The notes under the pieces: generated by a model
Databases searched by the model: none
What the model was told of the DNA's origin: nothing
What the model saw: the letters and a program-made list of their open reading frames with translations, nothing else
Made by a program: the position numbers and the translations under genes
From: an uncultured Clostridia bacterium
Lineage (GTDB): Bacteria > Bacillota > Clostridia > Lachnospirales > Lachnospiraceae
DNA length: 64,000 nucleotides
Assembly (NCBI GenBank): GCA_947174885.1
Contig: CAMWKO010000012.1
Location: 7,640 to 71,639 of the forward strand
Reading direction: 5' to 3'
Part shown: positions 9,701 to 18,845 of the stretch, one piece after another
Numbering within the stretch: the first letter of the stretch is position 1
Layout of the letters: the number at the start of each line of letters is the position of its first letter

Positions 9701-11358
9701 TTCTCACATATATCTTTATTGAGATTTACAATTAAATAATATGGAGCATACTGTGTATTATTGTTTTTCTCTGTACTTCTTTCATGAAATATTTTTTCCA
9801 AATAAACCGAAAGTTCTTTAGCTTCCTCCAATGTATCAGCAAAGAAACGAAAGTTCTTTTCGTTATTCCACGAATGTGGAATCCATCTGAAAGCTTTCCA
9901 TATATCATTATTGCCGGGAACTAAAAATACAATTTTTAATTCATCATAGCTATGTAATGAAATCATCTTTAATAACATACAGGTTACAAATTTTTCTAAC
10001 AGTTTATTATTATCACTTATAATTCCTGATATATTATTTTTTGCAAACGAGTATGTAATAGGAACCATATTTAGTTTTTTTGGCTCATTCATCAATGCAT
10101 GTAAATCATCCTGCAGATTATCAAGCTCTAATGAAAAACGCTTTTCAGGATACTGGATTTTACCATAAAAAGGTATACTTCCTAATCCAACACGCAATTC
10201 CAAAAAATCCTCCTGTCCTATAACACGTTCCCATAATTTCTCACTTCTATTAACTATTCTGCTAATGCATTCATCAACTGAAACATTATTTTCAAATAAA
10301 ATTTCTCCCTGCTCCTTTATATCTTTAAATATTCTATCTTCAATAGAAAAAAGATATTCCTTATATTTCGCCTGCCTTAATCGCTCCAGCTTACATTTTG
10401 TCTTTTTTTCATGCTTTTTTGTTAAAATAGGCCATAAAATCATACCCAAAAGCATACTGAAGGACATAGTCAGCGTAGGAGCTGCCGTCATCAGACTACT
10501 GCCATTATTAACGGTGTTAATAATGGTAAATACTCCTGTTGACATAGATCCCATACCCATTGTAATAGAAGGTCCAAGCATAAGAGCTAAAGGTACTGTA
10601 TCTACCTTTTCAGCCTGTGGCGGAGGATCTATTTTTATTTCCGAACTGACAATTTCCCTTTTAAATCTTGGTGAACGGTAAAAAAAATCTATTTCGTCCT
10701 CGTCATTTTTATCATATGTATCTCTTTTTATTTTTTGATTTACAAATTCAAATAATACATTTTCATCATAGCTGACACAATAATCCGGATTATTAATAGC
10801 TATAAAATTACTTCCTATAATTATTTTAAATCCCATTACAAATACAATATCTGCGGGGGTTAATTCTTTTGTAGAAACTCTGTAATCATTAACATATGTT
10901 CCGTTTGTACTATTCTGATCTTCAACAGTCCATATTTGATTACAGTAATTGAGTTTAAGGTGATATGAAGAAATAAAATTATTATTTACTGAAATAACAT
11001 TGTCTTCATTACGTCCAATTGTTATTTCTGTATTATCCTTAACAACTAATTTTTTAAATATCTGTCTGGATTCGTTTGCATTTTCTGCAAACAGAAAAGC
11101 CTCTTCATCTTTTTCTTTATCCCTGATATGAAGTTTGTAAAAAACATCTGTTTTTAAATTCATATCTTTCCCAATATCATTTAAAATTTTACACTTTCGT
11201 GTTTCTTTTAAAATCCATTTATCATTGATGCCTTCAACGCTTATAAGATTTCTGGCATTTCCTTCCCAATCAGCATCGCATATCCAATATCTACCTTTTA
11301 TTTTCTTTGGTAAATTCATTGAAAAGATTCGATCTTGCTTTAGCAACGTTACAATCAT
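6778..11358 (-). CDS. essC: Type VII secretion FtsK/SpoIIIE-family ATPase EssC
   Basis: 1526 aa. FHA-like N-terminus. Hydrophobic segments LALMLGPSITMGMG and LTMSFSMLLGMILWPIL. Walker A GMTGSGKSEF and GAAGSGKLTF in successive ATPase domains. Confidence 0.9.
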   Translation of the reverse strand: MIVTLLKQDRIFSMNLPKKIKGRYWICDADWEGNARNLISVEGINDKWILKETRKCKILNDIGKDMNLKTDVFYKLHIRDKEKDEEAFLFAENANESRQIFKKLVVKDNTEITIGRNEDNVISVNNNFISSYHLKLNYCNQIWTVEDQNSTNGTYVNDYRVSTKELTPADIVFVMGFKIIIGSNFIAINNPDYCVSYDENVLFEFVNQKIKRDTYDKNDEDEIDFFYRSPRFKREIVSSEIKIDPPPQAEKVDTVPLALMLGPSITMGMGSMSTGVFTIINTVNNGSSLMTAAPTLTMSFSMLLGMILWPILTKKHEKKTKCKLERLRQAKYKEYLFSIEDRIFKDIKEQGEILFENNVSVDECISRIVNRSEKLWERVIGQEDFLELRVGLGSIPFYGKIQYPEKRFSLELDNLQDDLHALMNEPKKLNMVPITYSFAKNNISGIISDNNKLLEKFVTCMLLKMISLHSYDELKIVFLVPGNNDIWKAFRWIPHSWNNEKNFRFFADTLEEAKELSVYLEKIFHERSTEKNNNTQYAPYYLIVNLNKDICENVDIYNMILKSEKGLGFGVINVENTINDLPKECSMVINIDERISNIYDKNDTSGNIVEFEADLEYNYDLLSVTQYISNVKLNILNQRFSLPSMLTFLEMFEVNKIEHLNPLMRWKDNNPTVSLAAPIGVDTMGQLFTLDLHERFQGPHGLVAGMTGSGKSEFIITYILSMAVNYHPDEVAFILIDYKGGGLTGAFDDKEKGIKLPHIAGTITNLDGSSVKRSLISIQSELRRRQAIFNEARRISNEGTMDIYKYQKLYRDKIVSEPVPHLFIISDEFAELKSQQPEFMQQLISAARIGRSLGVHLILATQKPSGVVDDQIWSNSRFRVCLKVQEKADSNDMIKRPDAAELSNTGRFYLQVGFNEFFALGQSAWCGAPYYEEEIEKNTDNSIKVIDNLGRVIREVKPEKKNIENKAKTKQIVALVKYLSDLAEEEKVSVRPLWLDPIPAKIYPKELADKYEYEKKSEYMLEPVIGEIDDPFNQCQNLMTLSITESGNTLIYGAAGSGKLTFLTTMLYELIRNYSPEYLNIYIMDFGAETLKMYEKAPQVGGVVLSSEAERIINLMKMLKSEINERKKIFVDFGGDYVSYIRNSGKKYPNIVVVINNYSAFSEMYDECDDVVAYVSREGTKYGIYFVVTATNTGSVRFRIVQNFKQIFVMQMNDKTDYSAILGPTEGTYPSAIKGRGILKTEHAYEFQTAVVADEDNISDEVKKMCASSCDIYKGIHAKYIPILPKKVDIEYLDEYAANLNKVPIGVDKKKLDIIYHNVSDNYISFVLGQDMEAVSPALQGIAEIVSHINSAKTVVIDAAKKFITDESSKYEFHNGEFENTVVDIFNEMVKRHKAFKETNSIDGDRIVYIINSIDALKEALSEDGKDKLNVLMENGRLDLRINFIIGDTSACINKYTFDAWYKKHCNNISGIWIGDGSAEQYILKITKPTNELYKEMPNLFGLYISKGRFTLIKAICTHLLEVEEE

Positions 11359-11380
11359 TTAAAACATCCTTATGTATCAA

Positions 11381-11713
11381 TTATTTTTTTGTTCCGCAAT
11401 AAGGGCATTTACTTTCTTTTGAATTATAATTACTTCCACATTTCTTGCAAAAAACAATTCCAATATTACCCTCTGGACTTTGTGTCTCAATATTTCCTAT
11501 TTTTATGCTCACACTATCTATTCTTTGAGACAAAATAGATACTTTTAAGAAAGATATAATACATATTACAAGAGTTGCAATACATATTAACAATAAAATA
11601 ATACTTAGTATGAACAAGCTTTTAGAATCTGAAGACGCAGTAGCTGAATTTACTGAATCTGATGCTTCCTGCAATGTTTCAGTGTAATCATAATCAAAAT
11701 ACGTTTTATACAT
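11381..11713 (-). CDS. Single-pass membrane protein with C-terminal zinc ribbon, first gene of the T7SS operon
   Basis: 110 aa. TM LFILSIILLLICIATLVICIISFL. C-terminal CKKCGSNYNSKESKCPYCG (CxxC-x10-CxxC). Confidence 0.6.
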   Translation of the reverse strand: MYKTYFDYDYTETLQEASDSVNSATASSDSKSLFILSIILLLICIATLVICIISFLKVSILSQRIDSVSIKIGNIETQSPEGNIGIVFCKKCGSNYNSKESKCPYCGTKK

Positions 11714-11807
11714 CTACCAATACCCTTTCTTTGAAACTAACAAAATAATACAATATTTTCCATTTTATTTCAAGACCTTTTTGGGAATTTGTAGATTTTT
11801 TTAGAAT

Positions 11808-12734
11808 TTAGTTAGAATTCTCAGTTTTAATCATCAAAAATGCGCCTAAATTCCCTCTTTTTCCATTAAGTCCCCTATGTGTAAACATAATTTCTTTATT
11901 TTCACAGGTACATATATCAGGAAATGATATGTTTTCGTCTAATACACCTGATTTTAGCATATTTGTATAGTTTGCAATCCATAAATTCAGCATATATTTG
12001 TCATTATCCTTTTTGTAGACAATGTGTCTGTTTTCATATGAATTTATTTTATTATTATCTTTGCTGTACTTAGGTATTTCTTTTATATCAAACGCATTAA
12101 TAAACTCCTCAGCCACATCTTCACTTACTTCATAGCAGTCTACGCAAATGGATGGGCCAATAGCACAAATCACATCTCTTGGATTAGTAGAAAACTCAAT
12201 ATTCATTTTATCCAGAGTAGCTTTTACCATATTGTTTACTGTACCTCTCCAACCTGCATGTGACAAACCTATTGCGCTATGAACCGGATCATAAAAATAC
12301 AGCGGTACACAGTCTGCATAAAATGTAGACAGGGTTATACCCTTTTCATTTGTAACAAGTCCATCCACATTATCATAATCCATCTCCTTATATAATCCCT
12401 TTTCTATATCCGATATGCTTACCTTTTTAACATTTGTTGTATGGGTTTGTTTGCTAAGTACAAAGTTCTTAAGACCGGTTGCTTTACTGAACAGTTCAAA
12501 ATTTTTTCTGACATTTTCAATAGAATCACCAAGTGGTGTACAAAAATTCATACTTGTAAACTGACCTTTGCTTACTCCTCCAAGTCTTGTAGAAAATACA
12601 GCTAAAATATCTTTACAGCTGTCAAATTTATTTATTTTTAAATACGGAACCTTTCCTTCGATTAATGAAGTAGAATTGTACAGATTTGAAATTTTCTTAA
12701 TATACATATAACATCCTTTCATTTTACATTCCAC
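11808..12734 (-). CDS. pgeF: Purine nucleoside phosphorylase/polyphenol oxidase family protein YfiH/PgeF
   Basis: Family-typical ...QTHT..V..., ADCVPL, SHAGWRG motifs. True start probably the internal Met at 12707 (SD-like aaagga upstream). Confidence 0.85.
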   Translation of the reverse strand: MECKMKGCYMYIKKISNLYNSTSLIEGKVPYLKINKFDSCKDILAVFSTRLGGVSKGQFTSMNFCTPLGDSIENVRKNFELFSKATGLKNFVLSKQTHTTNVKKVSISDIEKGLYKEMDYDNVDGLVTNEKGITLSTFYADCVPLYFYDPVHSAIGLSHAGWRGTVNNMVKATLDKMNIEFSTNPRDVICAIGPSICVDCYEVSEDVAEEFINAFDIKEIPKYSKDNNKINSYENRHIVYKKDNDKYMLNLWIANYTNMLKSGVLDENISFPDICTCENKEIMFTHRGLNGKRGNLGAFLMIKTENSN

Positions 12735-13095
12735 CCAAGGCGTTTTTTAATAATCTGATATCTTTATTATCTATTGCTACTACATCAAATCTGCACGGAT
12801 ATGTATCTGATATATGGTGTTTTAATAAATAATACTGAGCCACATTTATAATTACCCTTTGCTTTCTTGCATTTACTGCCTCTGACGCATAGCCACTGGA
12901 TTTATATTTTCTATATTTCACTTCTATAAAGCATAAATATTCCCTATCTTTAGCAACTATATCTATTTCTCCAATACGACATCTGAAATTCTGTTCTATA
13001 ATTTCATATCCGTTTTTCTTTAAATACTCACATGCTACTCTTTCATAGTCGCTGCCTGTTTTTCTTGTATTAGCTGTTTTTGCGGTTTTATTCAA
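12724..13095 (-). CDS. yraN: YraN family (UPF0102) endonuclease-like protein
   Basis: 123 aa. GEIDIVA...FIEVK pattern typical of UPF0102. Confidence 0.85.
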   Translation of the reverse strand: MNKTAKTANTRKTGSDYERVACEYLKKNGYEIIEQNFRCRIGEIDIVAKDREYLCFIEVKYRKYKSSGYASEAVNARKQRVIINVAQYYLLKHHISDTYPCRFDVVAIDNKDIRLLKNALGGM

Positions 13096-13109
13096 TAAAT
13101 CACTCTCAC

Positions 13110-13421
13110 TTATTTTAATACTTTAGATTTAATCTTATCCATTTTGTCTACAAATACTAAAACCTCTGCAACCACACTGTATAGTTCCGGAGGTATAGCA
13201 TCACCCAGTTCAAGCTTTGCCAACGTATTTGCCAGTTTATTATCCTCATAAAGCGGAATATCATTCAGCTTGGCGTCTTCAATAATCTTATCTGCAATCA
13301 ATCCTCTTCCTGAAGCAATAACTGTAGGTGCAGTATCCTCCGGATTATATGACAATGCTACTGCAACCCTTTTTTCATCTGTTTTTTTATTATCTGTTTT
13401 CTTTTTATATAAATTGCTCAT
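13110..13421 (-). CDS. FlhB C-terminal-domain-like protein (EscU/YscU/HrcU family fragment, YlqH-like)
   Basis: 103 aa. AVALSYNPEDTAPTVIASGRGLIADKIIEDAKLNDIPLYED...IPPELYSVVAEVLVFV matches the FlhB C-terminal consensus. Confidence 0.8.
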   Translation of the reverse strand: MSNLYKKKTDNKKTDEKRVAVALSYNPEDTAPTVIASGRGLIADKIIEDAKLNDIPLYEDNKLANTLAKLELGDAIPPELYSVVAEVLVFVDKMDKIKSKVLK

Positions 13422-13442
13422 AAATCATCTCCAACGCTTAAG

Positions 13443-15137
13443 CTAAGCTCTTACATCAAATGAAAATCTCTTTATAGACATTTTAGGTCTGTCCTTTTCC
13501 AAGACTTTTTCAAAAGGTACAGACTCAGCTTCAGTTTCCGTCACGCTTAATGTAACATTATAACCAGCCTTAGTAAGCTTATCTTTTAACTCTTCCAAGT
13601 GTTCTTCAACTATATCAATAGATATTTCATCTGAAAGTGAAAATTTAGTACTTAATTTTTCACTTTCAAGTCTTATATCAACATCAGTAGGTCCAAGATT
13701 ATCCATATCCAAATGCATAAATGCAGTCAAAACGTCTTTATCTATCATTTTTCCATGACTCTTATTATAAACATATAATTCACCATGGTTTTTACTCTCG
13801 CTAAAGTGCAATGGCAGCTGTACATAAGATGCCATCTGGTTTATTTCATTCATAAAGGAGAGATTCTGTTTAAGACTATTGGTTTTATCCAATAAATCCG
13901 CACCCTCCTTCGGGAAATTCTTCAGAGATTCAACCATTTTATTTATTCTGTCATCAAGTTTTTCGTACATTTCTTTAACAGATTTCTTTAATTCTTCTCC
14001 ATTAGAGTTTAACTTCATGACATCAATATTAAATTCCTTACTTAAAGCATTTTTAATATATTTAGAAAATTTATCCGAATTAATTAAAGATTTAAATTCA
14101 TTATCAGATAAATTTTTAATGAATTGCTGCATTGCCTCTTTACTTACAATTTCTCTGCCAAATCCGGCAGATATATTGTCTTCACTATCTGCTATACCAT
14201 TAAGATTTCCATTGGTATTAATACTCTGTTCTGATGTTCTGATATTATCTGTATTGTTTTCTATACTGCCATCAGCTCCATTACTGTTTAAATTGTCATT
14301 TATGATATTCTGTGCTGAGTTATCTTCTGATGATTCATTTTTTCCTTCTACATCTGTATTGAACATATTATTAATTATTACATCTTCATCCGCTACAAGA
14401 TTAATACTGCCCTGTGTTTCAGACATAGATGTACTATCCGGAAGACTATTAACAAAATCATTTACAAACTGACGTGCCATATCTATATTTGTTCTGCCCA
14501 GTTTATCTGCAAAGTCCGGTATTCCGTCTGCAATATTATTCAACGCATAGCTAATTCTATGCTCATAGTTCATATATTTATCAAACTGTGTAATATTTTC
14601 TGCATTTAGTGGAATATCATGTCTGACTATATTTACAATAGTACTGGCACTTTCAGTTTCAAAGCTCATAATATTTTTATACATTTCATTTATTGAGTTT
14701 TTATCAATAGGCATTTCATTACGCATCATTTCAGCGACCATCTGCATATTACGCTCATTTACCGGAATATTTGCAGTAGTAAGTGCCTGCATAAGTGGAT
14801 TAGTATGACTGTTGTCCACGCTTATGGCTTTTATAAGCACCTGACCGCCTGTATTGTCTTTTATCATAAATTTAATATAATCACCAATATTCAAATTGGA
14901 ATTATTCATTGCCTTAGCTGTAATTGTCTGATTTCCCTCTAGCAGAATTTTGACAGATGAATTATGCACATCAATTATATCTCCCGAAAAAACACTCCCC
15001 TTTTCCATGTTTGCAAGCATAGAACTACTGACAGCTCTCGTAACTGGAACATTTCCTGCTGAATTAACGGCATTACCTATTCTATTTCCATTTACAGAGT
15101 TGGACTGACCTTGTAAACCAACATTTCTTACTTCCAT
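13443..15137 (-). CDS. FliK-like (flagellar hook-length control domain) protein
   Basis: 564 aa, N/S/D-rich centre. C-terminal region ...LPLHFSESKNHGELYVYN...DVDIRLESEKLSTKFSL...LKDKLTKAGYNV resembles the Flg_hook domain. Confidence 0.55.
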   Translation of the reverse strand: MEVRNVGLQGQSNSVNGNRIGNAVNSAGNVPVTRAVSSSMLANMEKGSVFSGDIIDVHNSSVKILLEGNQTITAKAMNNSNLNIGDYIKFMIKDNTGGQVLIKAISVDNSHTNPLMQALTTANIPVNERNMQMVAEMMRNEMPIDKNSINEMYKNIMSFETESASTIVNIVRHDIPLNAENITQFDKYMNYEHRISYALNNIADGIPDFADKLGRTNIDMARQFVNDFVNSLPDSTSMSETQGSINLVADEDVIINNMFNTDVEGKNESSEDNSAQNIINDNLNSNGADGSIENNTDNIRTSEQSINTNGNLNGIADSEDNISAGFGREIVSKEAMQQFIKNLSDNEFKSLINSDKFSKYIKNALSKEFNIDVMKLNSNGEELKKSVKEMYEKLDDRINKMVESLKNFPKEGADLLDKTNSLKQNLSFMNEINQMASYVQLPLHFSESKNHGELYVYNKSHGKMIDKDVLTAFMHLDMDNLGPTDVDIRLESEKLSTKFSLSDEISIDIVEEHLEELKDKLTKAGYNVTLSVTETEAESVPFEKVLEKDRPKMSIKRFSFDVRA

Positions 15138-15158
15138 ACCTGCTACCTTTCTTTTATT

Positions 15159-15929
15159 TTATATAAAATTTCTGATAAAACTTCTTCTGTGAATTGGACA
15201 TGGACCATATTTTTTTAGTGCTTCTATATGTCTTTCACTTCCATAGCCTTTATTTCCTGCGAAATCATACTGAGGATATAATTTATCAAATTCCACCATC
15301 ATCCTGTCACGCGTAACCTTTGCTATAATGCTGGCACTGGCTATTGTAATACTTTTCGCATCACCTTTTATTATAGGAACCTGTGGAATCATGATTTCCG
15401 GAATTGTAACTGCATCATTTAAAATTATATCGGGTTTTATCTTTAAATTATTAACTGAAATCTGCATAGCTTTATAAGTTGCCTGTAAAATATTTATGTC
15501 GTCTATAGTCTGCGGACTTTCCATTCCTATGCTTACAGCCAGTGCCTTTTCCATAATTATATCATATAATTCTTCACGTTTCGATGCTGACAGCTTTTTA
15601 GAATCATTTACATATAAAATTCTTTCTCCCTTTGGAAGGATAACAGCACAAGTAACAACCGGTCCTGCCAATGGACCTCTGCCTACCTCATCAATTCCGG
15701 CGATATAATCAAATTCCTTGTATTTTTCTTCAAAAAAACGCATTTTTTCAATGCGCTCAAGCTCTGTAAGATATTTATTATATTTATTATTATATTTATC
15801 AACAAGCTTTATTACTCCTGCTCTTGTATCCTCCCTAAAACTTCCAAGTACCTCCTGTATATTCTCTATTTCTGTATTTTCCAGAACTTTTTTTATTTCA
15901 TCTATGCTTTTTGTCATATATTTCTCCAA
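15159..15929 (-). CDS. rnhB: Ribonuclease HII
   Basis: GIDEVGRGPLAGPVV and DSKKLS motifs. Confidence 0.9.
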   Translation of the reverse strand: MEKYMTKSIDEIKKVLENTEIENIQEVLGSFREDTRAGVIKLVDKYNNKYNKYLTELERIEKMRFFEEKYKEFDYIAGIDEVGRGPLAGPVVTCAVILPKGERILYVNDSKKLSASKREELYDIIMEKALAVSIGMESPQTIDDINILQATYKAMQISVNNLKIKPDIILNDAVTIPEIMIPQVPIIKGDAKSITIASASIIAKVTRDRMMVEFDKLYPQYDFAGNKGYGSERHIEALKKYGPCPIHRRSFIRNFI

Positions 15930-15939
15930 TTTACCTGTT

Positions 15940-16500
15940 CTACTGGTTTTCTAATGAGCCAAAGCTATCCAATGGCCATAATCTAAAAACTGCAATACCT
16001 ATAATAGTATCTCTTTTTACAACACCCAGTTCCTCTGAACGGCTGTCTTCGCTTACATTTCTGTTATCTCCTATTACAAAATACTCGTCAAATGCCAGCT
16101 TTACAGGTGAAACATTACTGTATCTTGCTTCTGCCGTATCATCATAATATCCATAGTATTCATGTAAAATTTCATCATTAATATAAATAACATTATCTAT
16201 TATTTCAATCTTATCTCCGGGAAGTCCGATAACTCTTTTAATAATATTTGTATTGACATTATATTTATAAGAAAACAGTACTATATCAAATCTTTCAATT
16301 TTGTCATAATTGTTTTTAATAGGTTCAATAAATAAAACATCCCCTTCATTAAGTGCCGGATACATGGATTTACTTATAACTATTGTAGGCATAAAAAGTA
16401 CTTTTATAAAAACTACAGCTACCGCTGTAATGCTACAGATAAAAAGTATAACCTTAAAGAATGATTTATATTTTTTTATAAAATCTAATACTTTCTTCAT
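15940..16500 (-). CDS. lepB: Signal peptidase I
   Basis: SMYPAL (Ser box), RVIGLPGD, GDNRNVSEDSR motifs. Confidence 0.9.
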   Translation of the reverse strand: MKKVLDFIKKYKSFFKVILFICSITAVAVVFIKVLFMPTIVISKSMYPALNEGDVLFIEPIKNNYDKIERFDIVLFSYKYNVNTNIIKRVIGLPGDKIEIIDNVIYINDEILHEYYGYYDDTAEARYSNVSPVKLAFDEYFVIGDNRNVSEDSRSEELGVVKRDTIIGIAVFRLWPLDSFGSLENQ

Positions 16501-16529
16501 TTTCCACCACTTCAGATTTGCTATAAGTT

Positions 16530-17399
16530 TTATCTTGGGAACTCTAATGTAATTCTGCCAAGTCTGCCGTTTCTATAATCATCTATTATAATATTTGAGG
16601 CTTTTTCGTAGTCATATTCATCACCCTTTAACTTACAGCCTCTTTTAACTGCTATTTTTCCAAGTATATCTAATGGCTTATCTTCAGGTAATATTTCTAT
16701 AACGTATCTTTCTTTTAAGATATCGGGATATACCTTCTGCAAAAATTCAATAAAATATAATGTAAGTTCACTGATATTTAAAATATTATCATTGATAGAG
16801 CCTGCTATCGCAAGATTAATTCCCACCTGTTCATCCTCAAACTTAGGCCACAATATGCCCGGTGTATCTAATAAATCCAAATTTTTATTTAGTTTAATCC
16901 ATTGCTTACCCTTTGTAACACCAGGCTTATTTCCGGTTTTTGCACAAGCCTTACCGGCATAGGAGTTTATAAAAGTAGATTTGCCTACATTTGGTATTCC
17001 TACTACCATTGCACGAATCGGTCTGTTTAGAATACCTCTCTTTCTATCTCTTTCAAGCTTCTCCCTGCAGGCTTCTGCAATAATACCATTTATACTTTTT
17101 ACGCCTGTTCCTTTTTTAGAATTAATCTCTATAACATAAAGGCCTTTATCTTTAAAATAGCCTGACCAGCTTTTATTATATTTTTCATCTGCCAAATCTG
17201 CCTTATTTAACAAAATAAGTCTGGATTTATTAGCTGCCAGCTTATCTATCTCTGGATTACGGCTGCTCAATGGAAGTCTGGCATCCAATAATTCAATGAC
17301 TAAGTCAACTAACTTAATATCCTCCTGCATTTGTCTGATTGCCTTGGTCATATGACCCGGATACCAGTTGATATTTATTTTATTTTCCATCAGTTTCAC
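16530..17399 (-). CDS. rbgA: Ribosome biogenesis GTPase A (YlqF)
   Basis: NWYPGHM, circularly permuted GTPase motifs LNKADL ... GIPNVGKST ... DTPG. Confidence 0.9.
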   Translation of the reverse strand: MKLMENKININWYPGHMTKAIRQMQEDIKLVDLVIELLDARLPLSSRNPEIDKLAANKSRLILLNKADLADEKYNKSWSGYFKDKGLYVIEINSKKGTGVKSINGIIAEACREKLERDRKRGILNRPIRAMVVGIPNVGKSTFINSYAGKACAKTGNKPGVTKGKQWIKLNKNLDLLDTPGILWPKFEDEQVGINLAIAGSINDNILNISELTLYFIEFLQKVYPDILKERYVIEILPEDKPLDILGKIAVKRGCKLKGDEYDYEKASNIIIDDYRNGRLGRITLEFPR

Positions 17400-17739
17400 T
17401 TCCTTTTACATTTCAAATAGTATCACAAATTTATTCTGTAATAACATTCATTATGGTATATATTGATTTTATTCATGATAAACAATATTACCTGTTTCAA
17501 TGTCAACTATATAATCATATTCCGTTTAATCATCTCTAGTTTTAAATTTAACATGATAAGCAAATTTTCCATCATACTTTACAACATATGTCCTAAAAAA
17601 CACTAAAGCATCTTTATCTGTTCTATTTTTATCAATGTCATCATAATCATTTTCAGTATTCATATTACTTATTTTAAATCTATAATTACTTAAATTTGTA
17701 ATACTGCTTTTAGAAATCCACGGTTTCACACATCATAGT

Positions 17740-18300
17740 TTAATTAACAAATCCTACACGATTAAACGGTGATACTATAAACCAAACCTTGCCTATGATA
17801 TCTTCATATTTTATATTTCCTACATATGAAAATCTTGAATCCTCGCTTACATTTCTGTTATCACCCATCACAAAATATTCATCAGGACCGATTTCTATTT
17901 CTTCACTTACATAACCACTCTCATAGTTATCATCAAAATACTTATCCTCTAACAATACTCCGTTTATATAAATCTTACTATCTTCAATCTTTAATTTTTC
18001 ACCCGGCAAACCTATAATTCTCTTTATACCGGTACCATTTTCTGTTTTAAATACAATAATATCAAATCTATCAGGTTCTCCTAAATTATAAGCCATTTTA
18101 TTAATGAGTACAACCTCACCATTTGCAAGGCTTGAAGACATGGAGCTACCGATAACTGTAGACTTATCACCAAAATAATAAATTACAAAAAATGCTATAG
18201 CTACTACTACGATAATATCTATAACAAACTTTAAAATTATATCCGTATATACATTTTTATCAGGAATTGGATTAAAGTATCCCATTTTTGTTCCTTTCAA
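17740..18300 (-). CDS. lepB: Signal peptidase I (second copy)
   Basis: SMSSSL, RIIGLPGE, GDNRNVSEDSR motifs. Confidence 0.9.
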   Translation of the reverse strand: MKGTKMGYFNPIPDKNVYTDIILKFVIDIIVVVAIAFFVIYYFGDKSTVIGSSMSSSLANGEVVLINKMAYNLGEPDRFDIIVFKTENGTGIKRIIGLPGEKLKIEDSKIYINGVLLEDKYFDDNYESGYVSEEIEIGPDEYFVMGDNRNVSEDSRFSYVGNIKYEDIIGKVWFIVSPFNRVGFVN

Positions 18301-18349
18301 TTATACTAGAAAGGACAAATACCTAAGTACTTGTCCTAATCTGCATAAA

Positions 18350-18697
18350 CTATTTAACTAATTCTTTAACCTTAGCTGCCTTACCAACTCTATCTCTTAA
18401 GTAGTTAAGCTTAGCACGTCTTACCTTACCTGCTCTTACAACTTCGATCTTTTCAATAGTTGGTGAATGTAATGGCCAAGTCTTTTCAACACCTATACCG
18501 TTAGAATTTTTTCTAACTGTAAATGTTTCTCTTGAACTTCCACCCTGTCTTTTAAGTACTACGCCTTCAAATACCTGAACTCTTTCACGGTTTCCTTCTT
18601 TGATTTTTGCATAAACTTTAACTGTATCACCTACATTAAAGTCAGTAATGTTTTCCTTGAGCTGTGCAGCCTCAATATTTTTAATAATTTCGTTCAT
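18350..18697 (-). CDS. rplS: 50S ribosomal protein L19
   Basis: [14 protein letters not shown]... is the classic L19 N-terminus. Start moved to the ATG at 18697 preceded by aggagg; the ORF-track start at 18754 looks spurious. Confidence 0.95.
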   Translation of the reverse strand: MNEIIKNIEAAQLKENITDFNVGDTVKVYAKIKEGNRERVQVFEGVVLKRQGGSSRETFTVRKNSNGIGVEKTWPLHSPTIEKIEVVRAGKVRRAKLNYLRDRVGKAAKVKELVK

Positions 18698-18845
18698 TTT
18701 AATGAACCTCCTAATATATACTCGATGTTCTATAATATTAATCCTAGAAAACAATTCCTATCATACCAGAGGAACATCTGATTTTATTACAACTCATATA
18801 GTCTAACACAGTTTAATTATATTCGCAAGTGTTTTTTGTATAGCA

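Noticed and set aside
13879-14472. 197-aa plus-strand ORF inside the FliK-like gene
   Set aside because: It is fully antisense to a better-supported gene. It is Ser/Leu/Phe-rich shadow composition with no family resemblance.
13110-15137. FlhB-like and FliK-like genes as evidence of a flagellar or T3SS locus
   Set aside because: There are only two genes. The FlhB homologue lacks its membrane domain, and the position after rnhB matches conserved ylq-type housekeeping synteny.
17526-17729. 67-aa GTG-start ORF as a real gene
   Set aside because: It has no SD, a non-ATG start and no recognisable family. It is kept only as a low-interest note.
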